From Klebsormidium nitens (lineage: Eukaryota > Plantae > Klebsormidiophyceae), in NCBI GenBank assembly GCA_000708835.1, contig DF237604.1, positions 1-46,228 on the forward strand: a stretch of DNA of 46,228 nucleotides, read 5' to 3'. Both the position numbers and the translations under genes were made by a program. Positions 33,001 to 44,491 of the stretch are shown in pieces (position 1 is the stretch's first letter; every line of letters starts with the position of its first letter). The notes beneath the pieces were generated by a model. That model was not told the origin of the DNA and searched no databases. It saw only the letters and a program-made list of their open reading frames with translations.

Positions 33001-35400
33001 TTTGTGCGAAACTGTGCCCGAATGACATTGGCATTTCCTGCAGACTCATGAGGCTTCTCTATGAAGGTCGGACGGCAGCAAACCGTCTGTCGGGATCGCT
33101 GTTCGTGAGAGCAACGCCGACGCGGTGCCCGCCCATCTTCCGTCCGAGGACCACGTGATCATGAGGCTGCGAGTAGAAGGCAAACCTGGAGCCAGTATCC
33201 TAGATCAACGTTGACAGAGTGTTCATTGCAGACGATTGCCTTCGACTCTGGTCAGGAAACACAGGCCAGCGCTTTTGCTCGAAACAGCAGGATATGGACC
33301 TGACTCCGTTCTTGCGAGTCGCTGCGTCGAAGAAGCTCAGACAACGTGCGCTCATACAAAGAGACAGCCAAGACGCGGAATCCGTGACGGGGCTTACGGA
33401 ACAGATAGTTACGTACGTTGGTCGTGAGCATGCCTGTGTCGCACTTTCGATCAATTGGAACCCGGCGAAGGGAGACAGAGTGCTGAGTACCGTTGAAAAA
33501 GAAGAAGGACCAACTCAAGCCGGCGCACGACAATAGCACGGCAGCTGGAGAACTCAAAGAATGCGGTTGAACCGTCGGGCGGAAGAGCAGGGACCAGCAC
33601 GGAAACGGAACGAAGTTGACGCTGTCAGCGGGCCTGAAGTGCGCACATGGAGGAAGACGAGACGTCAGACCGGATTCTTGGGATCAAATCCGGGTTTGAT
33701 TCGAGTGAAATTACCGGGCAGCGTTCGGCCACGGTGCTATTGAACGGTATTGACCAAGCAATGAGAGGGCAGAAAACAGGCGCGAGGACAAACGGCGAGA
33801 AGCAAGAAAACTTCAGACGAGAAGGCTGTTGTTCCGTTGCGCCTCGACTCAGTAACGGAAAATAGAAAAACGGATCTGAGATGCTCAAATACAAACCAAT
33901 GAAAGAGGGGTGGGTGAGCTTTCTTCAGCGAGTACAATGGCGGAGAGGTGCCCCAGCCCCGAAATGAGCGAAAGGCAGGAAGATGCTCGAATGCCAGAGC
34001 GACGCGTGGCGTGCAGCGGAAAGAAGGACTCCTTCCGTGGAGGGAGGTAACCGGCGGATTGCCCGGAGTTGGTCCGAGCAGAAAGCTGTGTCAGAAGCGA
34101 ATAGCAAAGAACTGTATCAGGCGCCAGCTAGGATGCAAAAGGAGGAAAACCAGGGTTAAAGACAGCGGGAAAAAGAGCCAAATACTGTAGATTGCAGCGG
34201 TGTCGTCCTGACTGCCAGTGGAAAAGCCCCGCCTTTGGCGAGAGCGCTGCTAGCCTTAAAGTAGAGGAGCGTCACACCAGAGTCAGCGATGATCAACCCC
34301 TCGGAGACCGTGTGAAACTTTATTTTTCACTTAATCATCGACAAAGACGTGTATGTTTAGCCCGATCAAAACTTCTTCCTTCTTTATCCACTTGCGGCGG
34401 GTGGGGCTGCAGAGCAAGAAGAAATTTCAATCATAATTGGTTCAAGATCACTTCGATTTCTATAAGCTAAAGGTGTAACAGGACAGTTTGCCTGGAACCG
34501 GTGGGGTTTGTAAGGTGGTCTATACTGAGCCCGGGTGCGGAGCGGGTTGAGGTAAGATTTGTGTTCCCTTCGTTCATTTTGTAACGTGGGCTTATTGGAA
34601 TATACTCAAAGATAATACTCCAGTGGCGTGCCGGTTCCCAGAGCGTAGCGGCGGCGGCGAAGCGGCGGGTGCGGCAGCCGAGTGTCTGAAGTAGATAATT
34701 GTGCAAACTTGCAAAGAACAAGATGGGCATTCCCCCTGCTGCTGCTAGGGTTTGATCGGCAAAAAGCGAATTGTATTCACCAGACCTGGTGGACGCTTCC
34801 GGCCTTTGAAGTCGACCAACTGAGGGTCTTGAGCGATTTCGTCTGAATCCTTGTCAAAGACCGTAGCGTGCAACGCCCGGGCTCGGCTGATGCATCCTCT
34901 GAAAACTGAGAATCAACATGCTTTCCTTTCTTCATCGACTTTGGCCCCCCTTGCACTCGATCTTCGTCACAAAATCCAAGAGCTGCAGACTTCGCTGGAT
35001 GTTTTGAGGACGTTCCCCATGCCGCCTTGGCTCGTGCTCTTGGATCTCAGACAAACTACTGAGATTGGCTTTTTTAATCGACTCGCCCACTGAAAGCGCT
35101 AGGCTCAGTCTTACTTCTAGAAGGAACCATCGTCTCCATGGGCTCCAACTGGATTTGGATGTAGGATAAGGTCAGGTGCTCAAGGGCAGAGCAGCAGGAG
35201 CTCCGATGGAAGTATGGAAGTACATAGGTATATAGTAGTTATGGATTATATCTTCTCACATACTCTCCCCAAACATTGGCGAGATGCCCGCCCCAGGACG
35301 ACTCTGCGCAAAATGGTGACTCGAATGACATTCGGCTTCCACAAGCCCTGGAACCAATTAAAATTGAACCATGAGTGAAGTCGCCACATAGAACCGTGAT

Positions 35401-35502
35401 CAGGACGGACGCGCTGTTCTCAGTGACGGACGCCGGACGGAGCGACGGCCGCCGGACGCAGCGGCGGACGGAAGGACGGAGCGGCGGACGGACGGACGGA
35501 TG
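35401..35502. repeat. GGAC/CGGA low-complexity microsatellite-like tract
   Basis: GGACGGACGC...CGGACGGAGCGACGG...GGCGGACGGAAGGACGGAGCGGCGGACGGACGGACGGA. This is the complement-type motif of the CGGTCGGTCC arrays inside the adjacent element. Confidence 0.7.
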
Positions 35503-35655
35503 ACCTCCGCATAAGATGTATTGTACGAAAGAGAACCCAAGACAAAGCCCTGTACCCGCCCTGTAGAACGCAGAAACGGTCTGAAGTCAGCGCAAAGCAT
35601 TTCTTCGGGTCTAAGTGGTCCGGTTGTGATTCTTGTGGACGGTCCGAGTCATTGA

Positions 35656-36393
35656 TAGGGGCCCGCTAATCTTGTCCACAGGGGAGATTCCAAGTCGGAA
35701 TCGGTGCCCTTGTCGGCGGCGGAACCGGCGGAACTCCAGTTGATTTCTGAATATTTTTAGCATTTAATTAATTGCATGAATTGAAATTGACAGTTGAGAT
35801 GAAGTCACTACGGTCGGCAGACTGACCGACCGCCGGACTGTGACTTTGGTGGCCGGTTAGCAGGGGGGTTAGGGTGGGTGAGGGTAAGCAGGGCGGAACG
35901 ACTTAGGGTTAGGGTCATCATCTATCCTTAGGGTTTTATTTTGTTGTCACCTTCCAGTGACTTGGTGGGGAAAGCTTGGGGGTTAGGGTGGGTTCGGGTA
36001 GGTCCCGGCGGGACAACTTGGGGTTAGATCCTATTAACCCTTGGGTTTGCGGTAGTAGAAGTTAGTGGTCTAGCGGTCGGTCGGTCCGGCTGGTCCGGCC
36101 GGGGTGGGCCATCCCGCCGACACTCGCACTGGCCGGGCGCGGTATGTAGCGGTACTGGTAAGTTGAACCTTGAAAACTTCCCGGACCGACCGACCGGCGG
36201 ACCGAGTCATGCAGTCCGGCGGTCGGTCGGTCCGCCTGGTCCGGCCGGGGTAGGCCAGCAGTGAAAAACTGGTCCGGTGGTCGGTCGGTCCGGGAACCGC
36301 AAAGACAATCATATAGGAAAGCAAATGGAGCGGAACGCCGTGTAGAACGGAAAACTTAAAATATCCCCTATGGACAAGATTAGCGTGGCGGTA
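35656..36393. mobile_element. hAT-like non-autonomous element (738 bp) with an 8-bp target duplication
   Basis: Direct repeat GTCATTGA at 35648-35655 and 36394-36401. The ends begin TAGGGGCC and TACCGCCA (reverse strand). Both continue, at the same 8-nt offset, into a 25-bp inverted repeat CGCTAATCTTGTCCA(C/T)AGGGGA(G/T)AT (35664-35688 / 36361-36385). The interior has GGTTAGGGTGGG cores and CGGT/ACCG arrays. Confidence 0.65.
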
Positions 36394-38539
36394 GTCATTG
36401 AGGAGTAGTAACAATATTTACAGATTCACGTCGGGGCGGCGGAGCGGCCTCCGACTTTTAGCTGCATCTCGAGTTTGCACAGTAGCGGCGTGCTTGTTAG
36501 AGGAAAGAAAGCGCGTACATACTTTTGACCGCCATCGGCTGCCAGTGGTTTTCCGCGCAACAATCTGGCGAATCCTAAGACGGCAAATCTGGGTTCGGCA
36601 ACTTCTTAGGGGTTGCCATGCCAGTCAGAACTCTGCCTAGCACGTGAAAATACTTATGATTCCCGGCAAGGGAAAAACCGAGCACTAGGTCCGAAATGTC
36701 AAACTTTTTGAGACGAAGATAGCCGTTCTCTGACCGCCGCGCATGTCACCTTCTGTGACGCCCTGTGAGTCGGTAGAGAAAGCAAAAAACGACAGGCACA
36801 ATTCGTGCATCAACGCGCACCTTGAAGACTCTGTCCGAATACGATAGCTTCGCTTCTAAGGTGCCTTGTCAGAATTCTGCAGGTACACGTTCAGATTGGA
36901 AAGGAGCCGGGGGGTTCCTCGAGCATCGCTCGGATAATCGCCTACCAAAAGCTGGTGTCGCTATCCGGAGCTAGCGCAGAAAACCGTGCATAACTCGCAA
37001 AAAAGAGAGACGGATCACCAGCGATGCAAAGGCTTCTTACGACCCCACCCCCTCCACCGTCAGACGGCATCGAGGGGTTTTATAATCGGGGGCGCGGCGC
37101 GCTTGCGCTGTCCCACATGGGCGAATGCAATTGGAAAGAATAGCCCACGCTTTGAGTGCAACTGGACGGCCGGTCACCTTCCTCGGGACGTGAACGAAAC
37201 TCCAACTGAACGGGCCCAGTGGTTCATAAATTCCGAAGCGGAACCAGTTTGCCTGCTTTGCCTGCCGGCCGGATCAGTCTGAGAGGCTTTTAGAAGTGTC
37301 CACGGATGGGGATAAAAGTATCCGTGGGCTTCTCTTCTTCGGGTTTGAGCTTTGAATCTGAAGAATTCCCTCTAGTCGCGTCCCTATCTCAGGATTGACA
37401 TCTGGCGGGTGTCTTACTGGACCGCGGAATAGGCCTGGTTTCCTGTACGTCCCCCCGTTTCTTTTTGCCTTTATTGACATGTCGCTTTTTTCGACTGCGA
37501 CTCGTCATTCAAACGGGCAGTATTTCAATTGCGCATCTGAGGCTATAAGAGTTGTCACAATCAGCTGGTGTGATAACAAAGCGAAGTTTCATGCGATCAT
37601 CTGAGGACTTGACCGCGAAACAGGCCTGGATGTGTGGTCGGTTGGGTAATCGACAAAGCTCTCTAAGGCTCTCGGAATCGATCGCCACTCTGTCCTTATG
37701 CGACCCTCTCCTGGAAAAATCCGTTCCAAGTGGATACGAACCAACACCAAAGACGTCACCTCGCTCCTATATGATGATCAGGCACCTGGTCAGCAGCTTT
37801 GCGAAGATGGGGTCCAGCCTGCATCATCGGGACTCCACCCATTCGGTTCCACGAAGGATCCGGACGTCAGCTACTTCGGCGCAGCGCACGCGTGTCTTCT
37901 TGAAGGCGCGCTAGTCTGAGCCGGTTTCCTTTTTACAAGTCCTGCATATCGTGAGCACTGAAACTAATGAAGGGACGTATTGCAACGGTGGATGCGGACT
38001 CGCTAGCGTGAGGCGATTGATGCTTGGAAGGTTCTGGTTTACGTTCGAAGCTTGAGCTTGGAAGGAAGCGGGCCCGGGAGGCTTGCTTTGGTCCTTTGGA
38101 TCTGCCGCTTTTTAGAGGATTGGTATTGCTGTCAGCACCTTCTCCTCATTGCCAACGTACACTACAATGGTTAAAGAGCTGGGGGTAAATAATGAGACGA
38201 CGTTCTGCCCATGTTCTCCGCTAAGGTTCCTGTTGGACATTATTTTGAGCAGCAAGGATCGCGCAAGGAGCTGTTACTACTGAATTGATAGCGCCTTTCC
38301 CAAGATGAAAAGGTTTCCACCGTTTCAAATGTGGCGCATCAAAACTACTGGAAATCAATGGACAGCTCTAGTGCAAATCACTAAAAGTACTATACATAGC
38401 TGGGAGGGTGAAAGTTTGAAGCTTTGTCAAGGCTTGCCGCAAGAGTGCTGTAGTCACTTTCAGGCCCAACGAAAAGCAATGAGCGAGGTCTAAGATTGAT
38501 CAATTGTGACATGATCATCAGCGTATAGCTGGCCGCATC

Positions 38540-41500
38540 AGTACGTACGGATCCCGGCCGCGGGTATCGCGCTGCCGCCCGCGGCCGCGCTGGTCGAGCC
38601 TGAGGCTTTGAAACGGTCCGGGTTTGGCCAACTTCAATCTGGACGAGACCGTCTACTTCCAAGTTCGGGCCTACCAAATGAAGTTCGGCATTATCTTGAC
38701 GGCCAAGATCGGTGACCACGGATCGGACGGTGGAGAGACGGCAATGATTGTGACGGAACGCCCGTGACGGTAAATATGACTGGAGAGGATTTGCCACGTT
38801 AGCCCCCTGCCGCGATTTACCGGTACACGAGAGGCCCGACCGTCGAACCGTACAAACTTAGGGACTTGTGACCCGGGCACATGGGCAGCGTTCCGGGCGG
38901 TGGTCGGTGCACGAACTTAGGAAGTTGAGATCAGGCCGAAAGGCCATCTTTGAAAACTTGAAGGGCCCGGGAAATTCGGACCGAGGAGCAGGGTAGGATC
39001 TGCCGAGGCAAGTGTTACTTAGAGGAGAGGCTTTGCTGTGGGAAGTAGAGTTGCTCAGGGCTTGAATAATGGAACTTGTGGACTCACATTGTACTGGATT
39101 CAACAGTGGGATCACTGGAAGCAGTGGGCAGTTGTCCAGTGGGCAGGTGAGGGTAGAGCCAGCCACCTTGAAGCGCATTGCTTCAGGCTACTTCAGAGTT
39201 GATTACCAGCAATGCCAGCTGAGGGTAGCTGTCAAGTGCCTCACATGCGCACAGCAGCTCTGGGTGAAGGATACATCCTCAACAAGTGGTGGCAGTGATC
39301 TGCGGCTCACATTCCGTAAGGGCCAGGAGAGCGATGTGAGTAATGGGCTCTACAAGGGCTATCTGATCAGCTCAGAAGTGCCAAAGGGAAAGCAGACAAA
39401 GCAAGTTGTGTGCCTCAGTTGCATAGAGAGACTCCTGGGCAGCATTGCGGAGAGTGCAGATGGGCAGTCAATCATTCTGGGGTGCAGAAGAGATGGGGGT
39501 GCAGAGGCTGTCATTCTACGGCGACAGCATGGCGCGGCATTCTGGACCCAGTGCCTTGAGCTCACCACTGAGATCCTGGCCTTCCTGTCGCAACGAAATG
39601 AAAGCACAGTGGTGCGTAAGAAACGCGCGCTGAATGCGGCAGAACGAGTAATCAACAGAGGTGCAGCCAAGGGGGTGCGTCAAAGGGGGCCACAAGAGGG
39701 AGAGATACCGGCAACGACTGATGTAAGTGGCAGATCACGCCCACTCTTTATTTCTTTCTATATATAACATCAGGACAAATCAATGACGACAGAATCTTAT
39801 TCGATGACAGTGCCGCTTTGCAGAGCTTGCTATTGCTTGAAATGTCGATGCTTGAGAAATCACAAACGAAAGCTGCAACGCCTTGACTTCCATCTCGTGC
39901 TCAGCCTCCTTAGACAGAACCCAGAGCATGAGATAGCTGGCCAGGCTCTGAAGTTGCTGCTCGCAAATCGCGATTTTGAAAGGGATGGGAGCCTGGTTTT
40001 TGAGATGCAAGATGGAACGCAAAAGAGACTAATTGATATAGCGCCCCCTTGCAGGCGGGAGGTGCCGATGAGCTCAGCGTAGATGCGAGCATCAAGAGCC
40101 AGGCTTCGCGCTACCTCGATATGATCGGCAACGGGGGCTGTCACATATCTGTGCCGGCTGAAAGCGCATGCCCCCCCTTGAGACTCTACATGCCGGCTTG
40201 GGATCACAACGGCCGAGGGAGAGCAAAGCCGCTGGGCAAGCCGGACAAGAGCTGCGCGCTTCTTGAACAAGTGTGGTGGGACACCTTGGGACAGCTGAAT
40301 TGCACTTGCGACAGGGGACGGCTCACAGAGGATGCGCCATGCGTGCATAAGCTGGCCATGGCCGCACTGAGCGAGAGCTGGATCCGATGGGCAGAGATGC
40401 CAACTCGACAGATGCTGGGGCAAGGAGTGAGGGTCGAGCGACTCGCGTCGGACGAGAAGGGGAGCTACTTTGCCGTGCGCGACAATCCCAATGGTGTCTC
40501 CCGGCGCATGGTGTTTCGAAGCAAGGGTGGGTGTTGGTATTGCGAGGGGAAGAGGGATGGATGCCCGTCGTTGACGGACTGCTCTCACATAGGTGCGGCA
40601 AAGGCCGCTCTGATCAAGGGGGAGGTTCCCACAACAGAGGCGCTCGTTCTCGGATCAGGGTCGCTTGCAAGGGCCGCCACTAGTTGGCTGGAGTCATTCG
40701 ACGGCAGAGTGCCTCTGATAGGGGCGCCGGCAGTGGAGCTATCCTCGGGGTCGGAAGGGAATGCGGATCGAGACTCGGGGTCAAGCAGAGGGGGGGAGGG
40801 GGAGCGAGGGGAGGAGGGGAAAGAGGGGCTCTCGGACGAGGAACGGTACCTTCTAGGGCTCCTCGAGAGGCGGCCACACAAAGAGGCGGCATGCGCCGGA
40901 GACTCGTGCTTTTGTAAGAGACACGAGTTTCTCTTCGGTGAGGCTAGGCCGCCGACGGAGGAGAGGAGGGAGGGGCAAGAGGGGGGGCACGACGCGGGAG
41001 TCAGCAACGAGATGACTGAGGGGGGACCTGCACTCAAACGAGCACGGAGGTCGAAGGCGTTCTGGAAGGCAGAAGCACAGCGGCCAACAGAAGTGGCTCG
41101 CAGTGGGGCGAATGGGAGGTCGGGGCAAAGGTCGGGACCATCGACGGATGCCCGGGGGAAGGATGCGATCCATGGCTGGGTCGCCGCATGTTCCAATTGC
41201 AAGTTGAGCTTTTTAGCGGCAGGGGGGGCGTGCAAGCATGAGAAGGAGCGGCACTCAAAGGTCCCGGTGATGCTTTTGAGCACCGAGGCGACTCAGGTGT
41301 CAAAGCCAAAGCTCGCGAGGCTCTCTGACGCCCCAAACTTCCACGACCCTTGGGTCACGGCCCTAAGCGGTTCCCCCGTTCGAGTCAGTAGGCTCAGAGA
41401 CTGCCACTTCAAAGAGCTCTCGGATCTCGGCCTGCTCAACGCACCGTGCCCGCTCGACCCTCCTCCTTGCGGCGGTTCTTGGGTTGAGAGAGAAGTGGAA

Positions 41501-44250
41501 GCCTCGGTGACCGCTTCGCAGTGGAGCCAGCGGGTTCGAGTGCGCCTCTATCACTGTAATTGCCCCGACGAAGCGCACACCATCCATTTTGACGGGGAGC
41601 ATCTAGGGCTTTACACTTGGAACCGGAGGACCCTCTTCGTGCAGCAGAGTCTCCAATTGCTCCTGCGCGGCATGCAACACGGGCACTCGTTCAAGGCGGA
41701 GCTCGCCACCAATCAGACGGCCTTTCAGCAATGCCCAGAGGCGGAGGTCTTGAGCGAAGAGACCTGGCGGCGCGCGAGTTTGGACTTCTTCAAGTTGCTC
41801 GGTCTTGGGATCCGGGATTGCTGCACTCTTTGCGGTCCGCATCCGAAGGTCAGTAAATGTCAGGCAGAAAGTTGAATGAGTGTATGTACAGAACTGGGAT
41901 GCTCGAGTTGGGCGCAATAAGGTGTGTACATCCTGGGCACGCTATTTAGCATGTTGAAGCGTCGGCGGCGCTGTTTGATCGAAAGAGTGTACAGTGAATG
42001 ACAATCACAAAGCTTTGCAAGCATCTGAACGGATGTACACTGTTTGCAGGTGCTGCTCTGCGACGGGATCGTTGGGCTGGCCAATTCGGACGGGGGCAAG
42101 CGTCCAGGGGGGCTGGGGTCCACGACCCTGGACATTCGGCGCACCATGGTGCATCCGAGCGTGTTCGAGAACGGGCAGCTTCTTCAGAAGCGGTCGATCT
42201 CGGGCCAGGACTACTGCGGAGCGGGCCTGGAAGGAGGTGGCATGAAGAGAAAGCTTATCCTCCAGCCGGAGCTCCGAGAGGCGATCGCGCGTCTCTCTCA
42301 GCACCGGCCGAAGGACGAGAAATTGGGTTAGAGGCTCTCGGAAGCGGAGTTCGGCGCTCTTCTGGATGGGTTGGCGAGCGATCCCTGCACCGTCAAAGGG
42401 TTCGGCCCTGGCGAAGGGGAAGGGTTGCTGCCGGAGGACGGCAGGAGGCGGATGCTAATCGAGCAGCGCACGATGGTGAGAGACCGGAACACGGCAATCC
42501 TCGAGCTCCTGAGAGGCATCCAAGGCGATTTCGAGAGACGGGGGATGAACGGAAACCTCTGGGAGTCTTGGATGAGCGAATGGACGGAGCTGCTTTATTG
42601 TTTGGGTGCGCACGACAGCGACGAAGACCTCATCGGAGGGGAGGGATTGCGCGTGGTCCGCAAGCTTCTTCTTGGGAGCGAAGCCACGCTTGAAGACCGG
42701 AGGCAGTTAGGGAGATCGGCTCCGATCCTGAGACGGATCCTGGACGCTTACGGCGGGCTGACCTTCCCAGAGTTCTTTATGCAAACCCTGCATCTGCTCT
42801 ACTTGCTGACCTTGCTTGCACGAGGGTTGACGGGGTTTGAGGGAGAGGGACGTCTCGGCTGGGCGGCTGACGCGATTCGGCCGTTCGACCAAGCCGTCTG
42901 GTTGCTTGCCGATGCGCGAGCGCGGCCGCTTGGGATTGATGAGCGCAGACGGCTGGAGCAGGCGCGTGCCTTGGCAAACGAGCTTTTGCCAGGAGTCGAG
43001 AGCCTGGCTCCGAGCCCCCAGCAGTGGGCGGTCATGAGTGAGAGGCAGAAGGCATTGCTGTGGGAGCGGCTGGGTCGGAACGAGGAGGGCGTTTCGCTGC
43101 ATCCGCTCCCAATTGGGCACAGCTTTCGAGCCGAACAGGACGCGCTCGCTCGGTATGACTTCCCGGGCTGGGAGCAGTATCGAGGCTTGCCCCATTTCAG
43201 CGATTTCGAGCACCCTGACGGCCGCAGCAAAGGGTCGGAGGAGTTCAAATGCGCTTCGGGGAAGACCGTCGGGGAGTGGGATTCTGAAAACGTGCCCGGA
43301 TTGGTCAAAGGTGGGGGGAAGGCGGGCAAGAAAGGAGCCATTTCAAAGCGTCCGAATCGGAGCCGGGGCGCCTTCCTTTTCTGCTGTCCGCACCGGTTGA
43401 TCTATGGCTATAATGTGATGCTGAGGGGCGAGAGTCCACGGGATCCGTTCGCAATTCTGTACACGCGGCTGAGGCGAGAGGATCTCCCCCGGGTTTTGTG
43501 TTACGACAATGCGTGCGCTCTGCGCAACTACTGTATGCGCAGAGCCCCGGCCCATTTCTCCGACGTTCGCTTCGTCGTTGACAGGTGAGCGGCTCCCCAA
43601 GTTAAGTTTGCTTTTTGCAACGGATGCCTTGGCTCTGGAGTCGAATGTGTACATGCAAGCCTGTGTGTGGAAACGAACGCACCATGCAAGTGCTAGCTCA
43701 AGCTCGATTGAATGCTGATGTACACGTTTCCTGTTTTACAGATTCCACTATGCGAAAGCTGGGGCCGAAGTGCATAAGTGTGGGCCTAGCAATTCAGTCG
43801 ACCTCTACGAGTCGCTGAATTGGGTAAACACAAGCGCGGTTGAGTCCGTGAACAGCTTCCTGAAGGGTTTTCGCTCGCTGGGGTGGTACAGCAGCCTGGA
43901 AAGCTTCATGGTCATCTTGCCCTTGCTCCTCGGGGGGTACAACGCGGCTCTGAGGCGCGTCGACGATGCGAAGCTGTGCGTCGCGATTGCGGCGACCTGT
44001 TGGACGGTTGGGATGCGATTAGCGTTGCTGAGAAGGTAGGGTAGGTGCCAGGCGGGAAGATGATAGAAGGACAGTTGTGTTTTCGATCCTGAAAGAGCAA
44101 AGTGTGAAGAGGGTAGGTCTCTGAGGTAGGTATATTTGGACGGAGCAAATGGAGGGAAGAAGGGTAGAGTGATGGGTACAATCTGTTTTTGAGGTAGGTA
44201 GGTAGGTCGGTAGACGCCTTTTTTCTTGGCCGTAGAGGTTTTTTTTTTTT
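38540..44250 (+). mobile_element. KDZ-family DNA transposon locus (ends not defined)
   Basis: Inferred from the transposase gene. No TIR or target duplication was found by eye, so the boundaries are approximate. Confidence 0.5.
39069..44039 (+). CDS. KDZ (Kyakuja-Dileera-Zisupton) transposase with SWIM and CxC-type cysteine clusters; 4 exons; interrupted by one in-frame TAG
   Basis: Exons 39069-39722, 40055-41848, 42050-43584, 43742-44039 (GT-AG, phases 0, 0, 2; about 1426 codons). Motifs: SWIM CTC-x10-CVH (40301-40348); C-x6-C-x5-CSH (40541-40588); CxC-like cluster HCNC...IHFDGEHLGLYTWNRRTLF; CTLCGPHPKVLLCDG; GAFLFCCPHRLIYG...ESPRD; LCYDNAC; VDRFH...HKC; NTSAVESVNS. In-frame TAG at 42329-42331. 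The true start codon is uncertain. Confidence 0.88.
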
Positions 44251-44410
44251 TTTGCTCTCTCTCGTTTCAAAATCACGTAGACGTTTTATAGTAGAGTATA
44301 AATACTATCTACCTACCTACCTTTTATTATATATAACCCTTATACCATCCCTAAAACTTCAATTTCTATGCACCTACCTTGGACCTACCTCGGACCTACC
44401 TCACCTACCC
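44034..44410. repeat. Mirrored GGTAGG/CCTACC-rich spacer with a central T15 tract
   Basis: GGTAGG(T) motifs on + at 44034-44213 (for example GAGGTAGGTAGGTAGGT), T15 at 44239-44253, and (A)CCTACC motifs at 44308-44410 (for example CACCTACCTTGGACCTACCTCGGACCTACCTCACCTACCC). Confidence 0.75.
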
Positions 44411-44491
44411 TCCACCCATTGCTCGTACGCTTGTACTTCATCATTGAGAGCAACGGTGGCGTGGTTTATTACCATTCCGCTCCAACCATGC

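Noticed and set aside
34467-34730. Minus-strand ORF ending HLTNPTGSRQTVLLHL, resembling the H...RxS/T end of a 2OG-Fe(II)/TET-JBP dioxygenase, a known KDZ cargo
   Set aside because: No upstream HxD motif or plausible spliced N-terminal part was found. The resemblance is a few residues and could be chance.
35903-35914. TTAGGGTTAGGG as a telomere or healed break
   Set aside because: Only two perfect units, embedded in a dispersed element. It is not an array.
36980-38500. Short ORFs at 36986-37282, 37552-37919 and an LRR-like phrase (ALTKLQTFTLP) on the minus strand near 38400
   Set aside because: No repeat periodicity or spliceable structure; too short to assign.
38859-39068. In-frame N-terminal extension of the KDZ ORF (WSVHELRKLRSGRKAIFENLKG...)
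   Set aside because: Interrupted by stops at 38859, 38994 and 39063, with no motif support. It cannot be distinguished from UTR without homologues.
38540-44290. Terminal inverted repeats for the KDZ element (TTTGAAACG near 38607 versus CGTTTCAAA near 44263)
   Set aside because: A 9-bp match that does not extend and has no flanking duplication. It is expected by chance.
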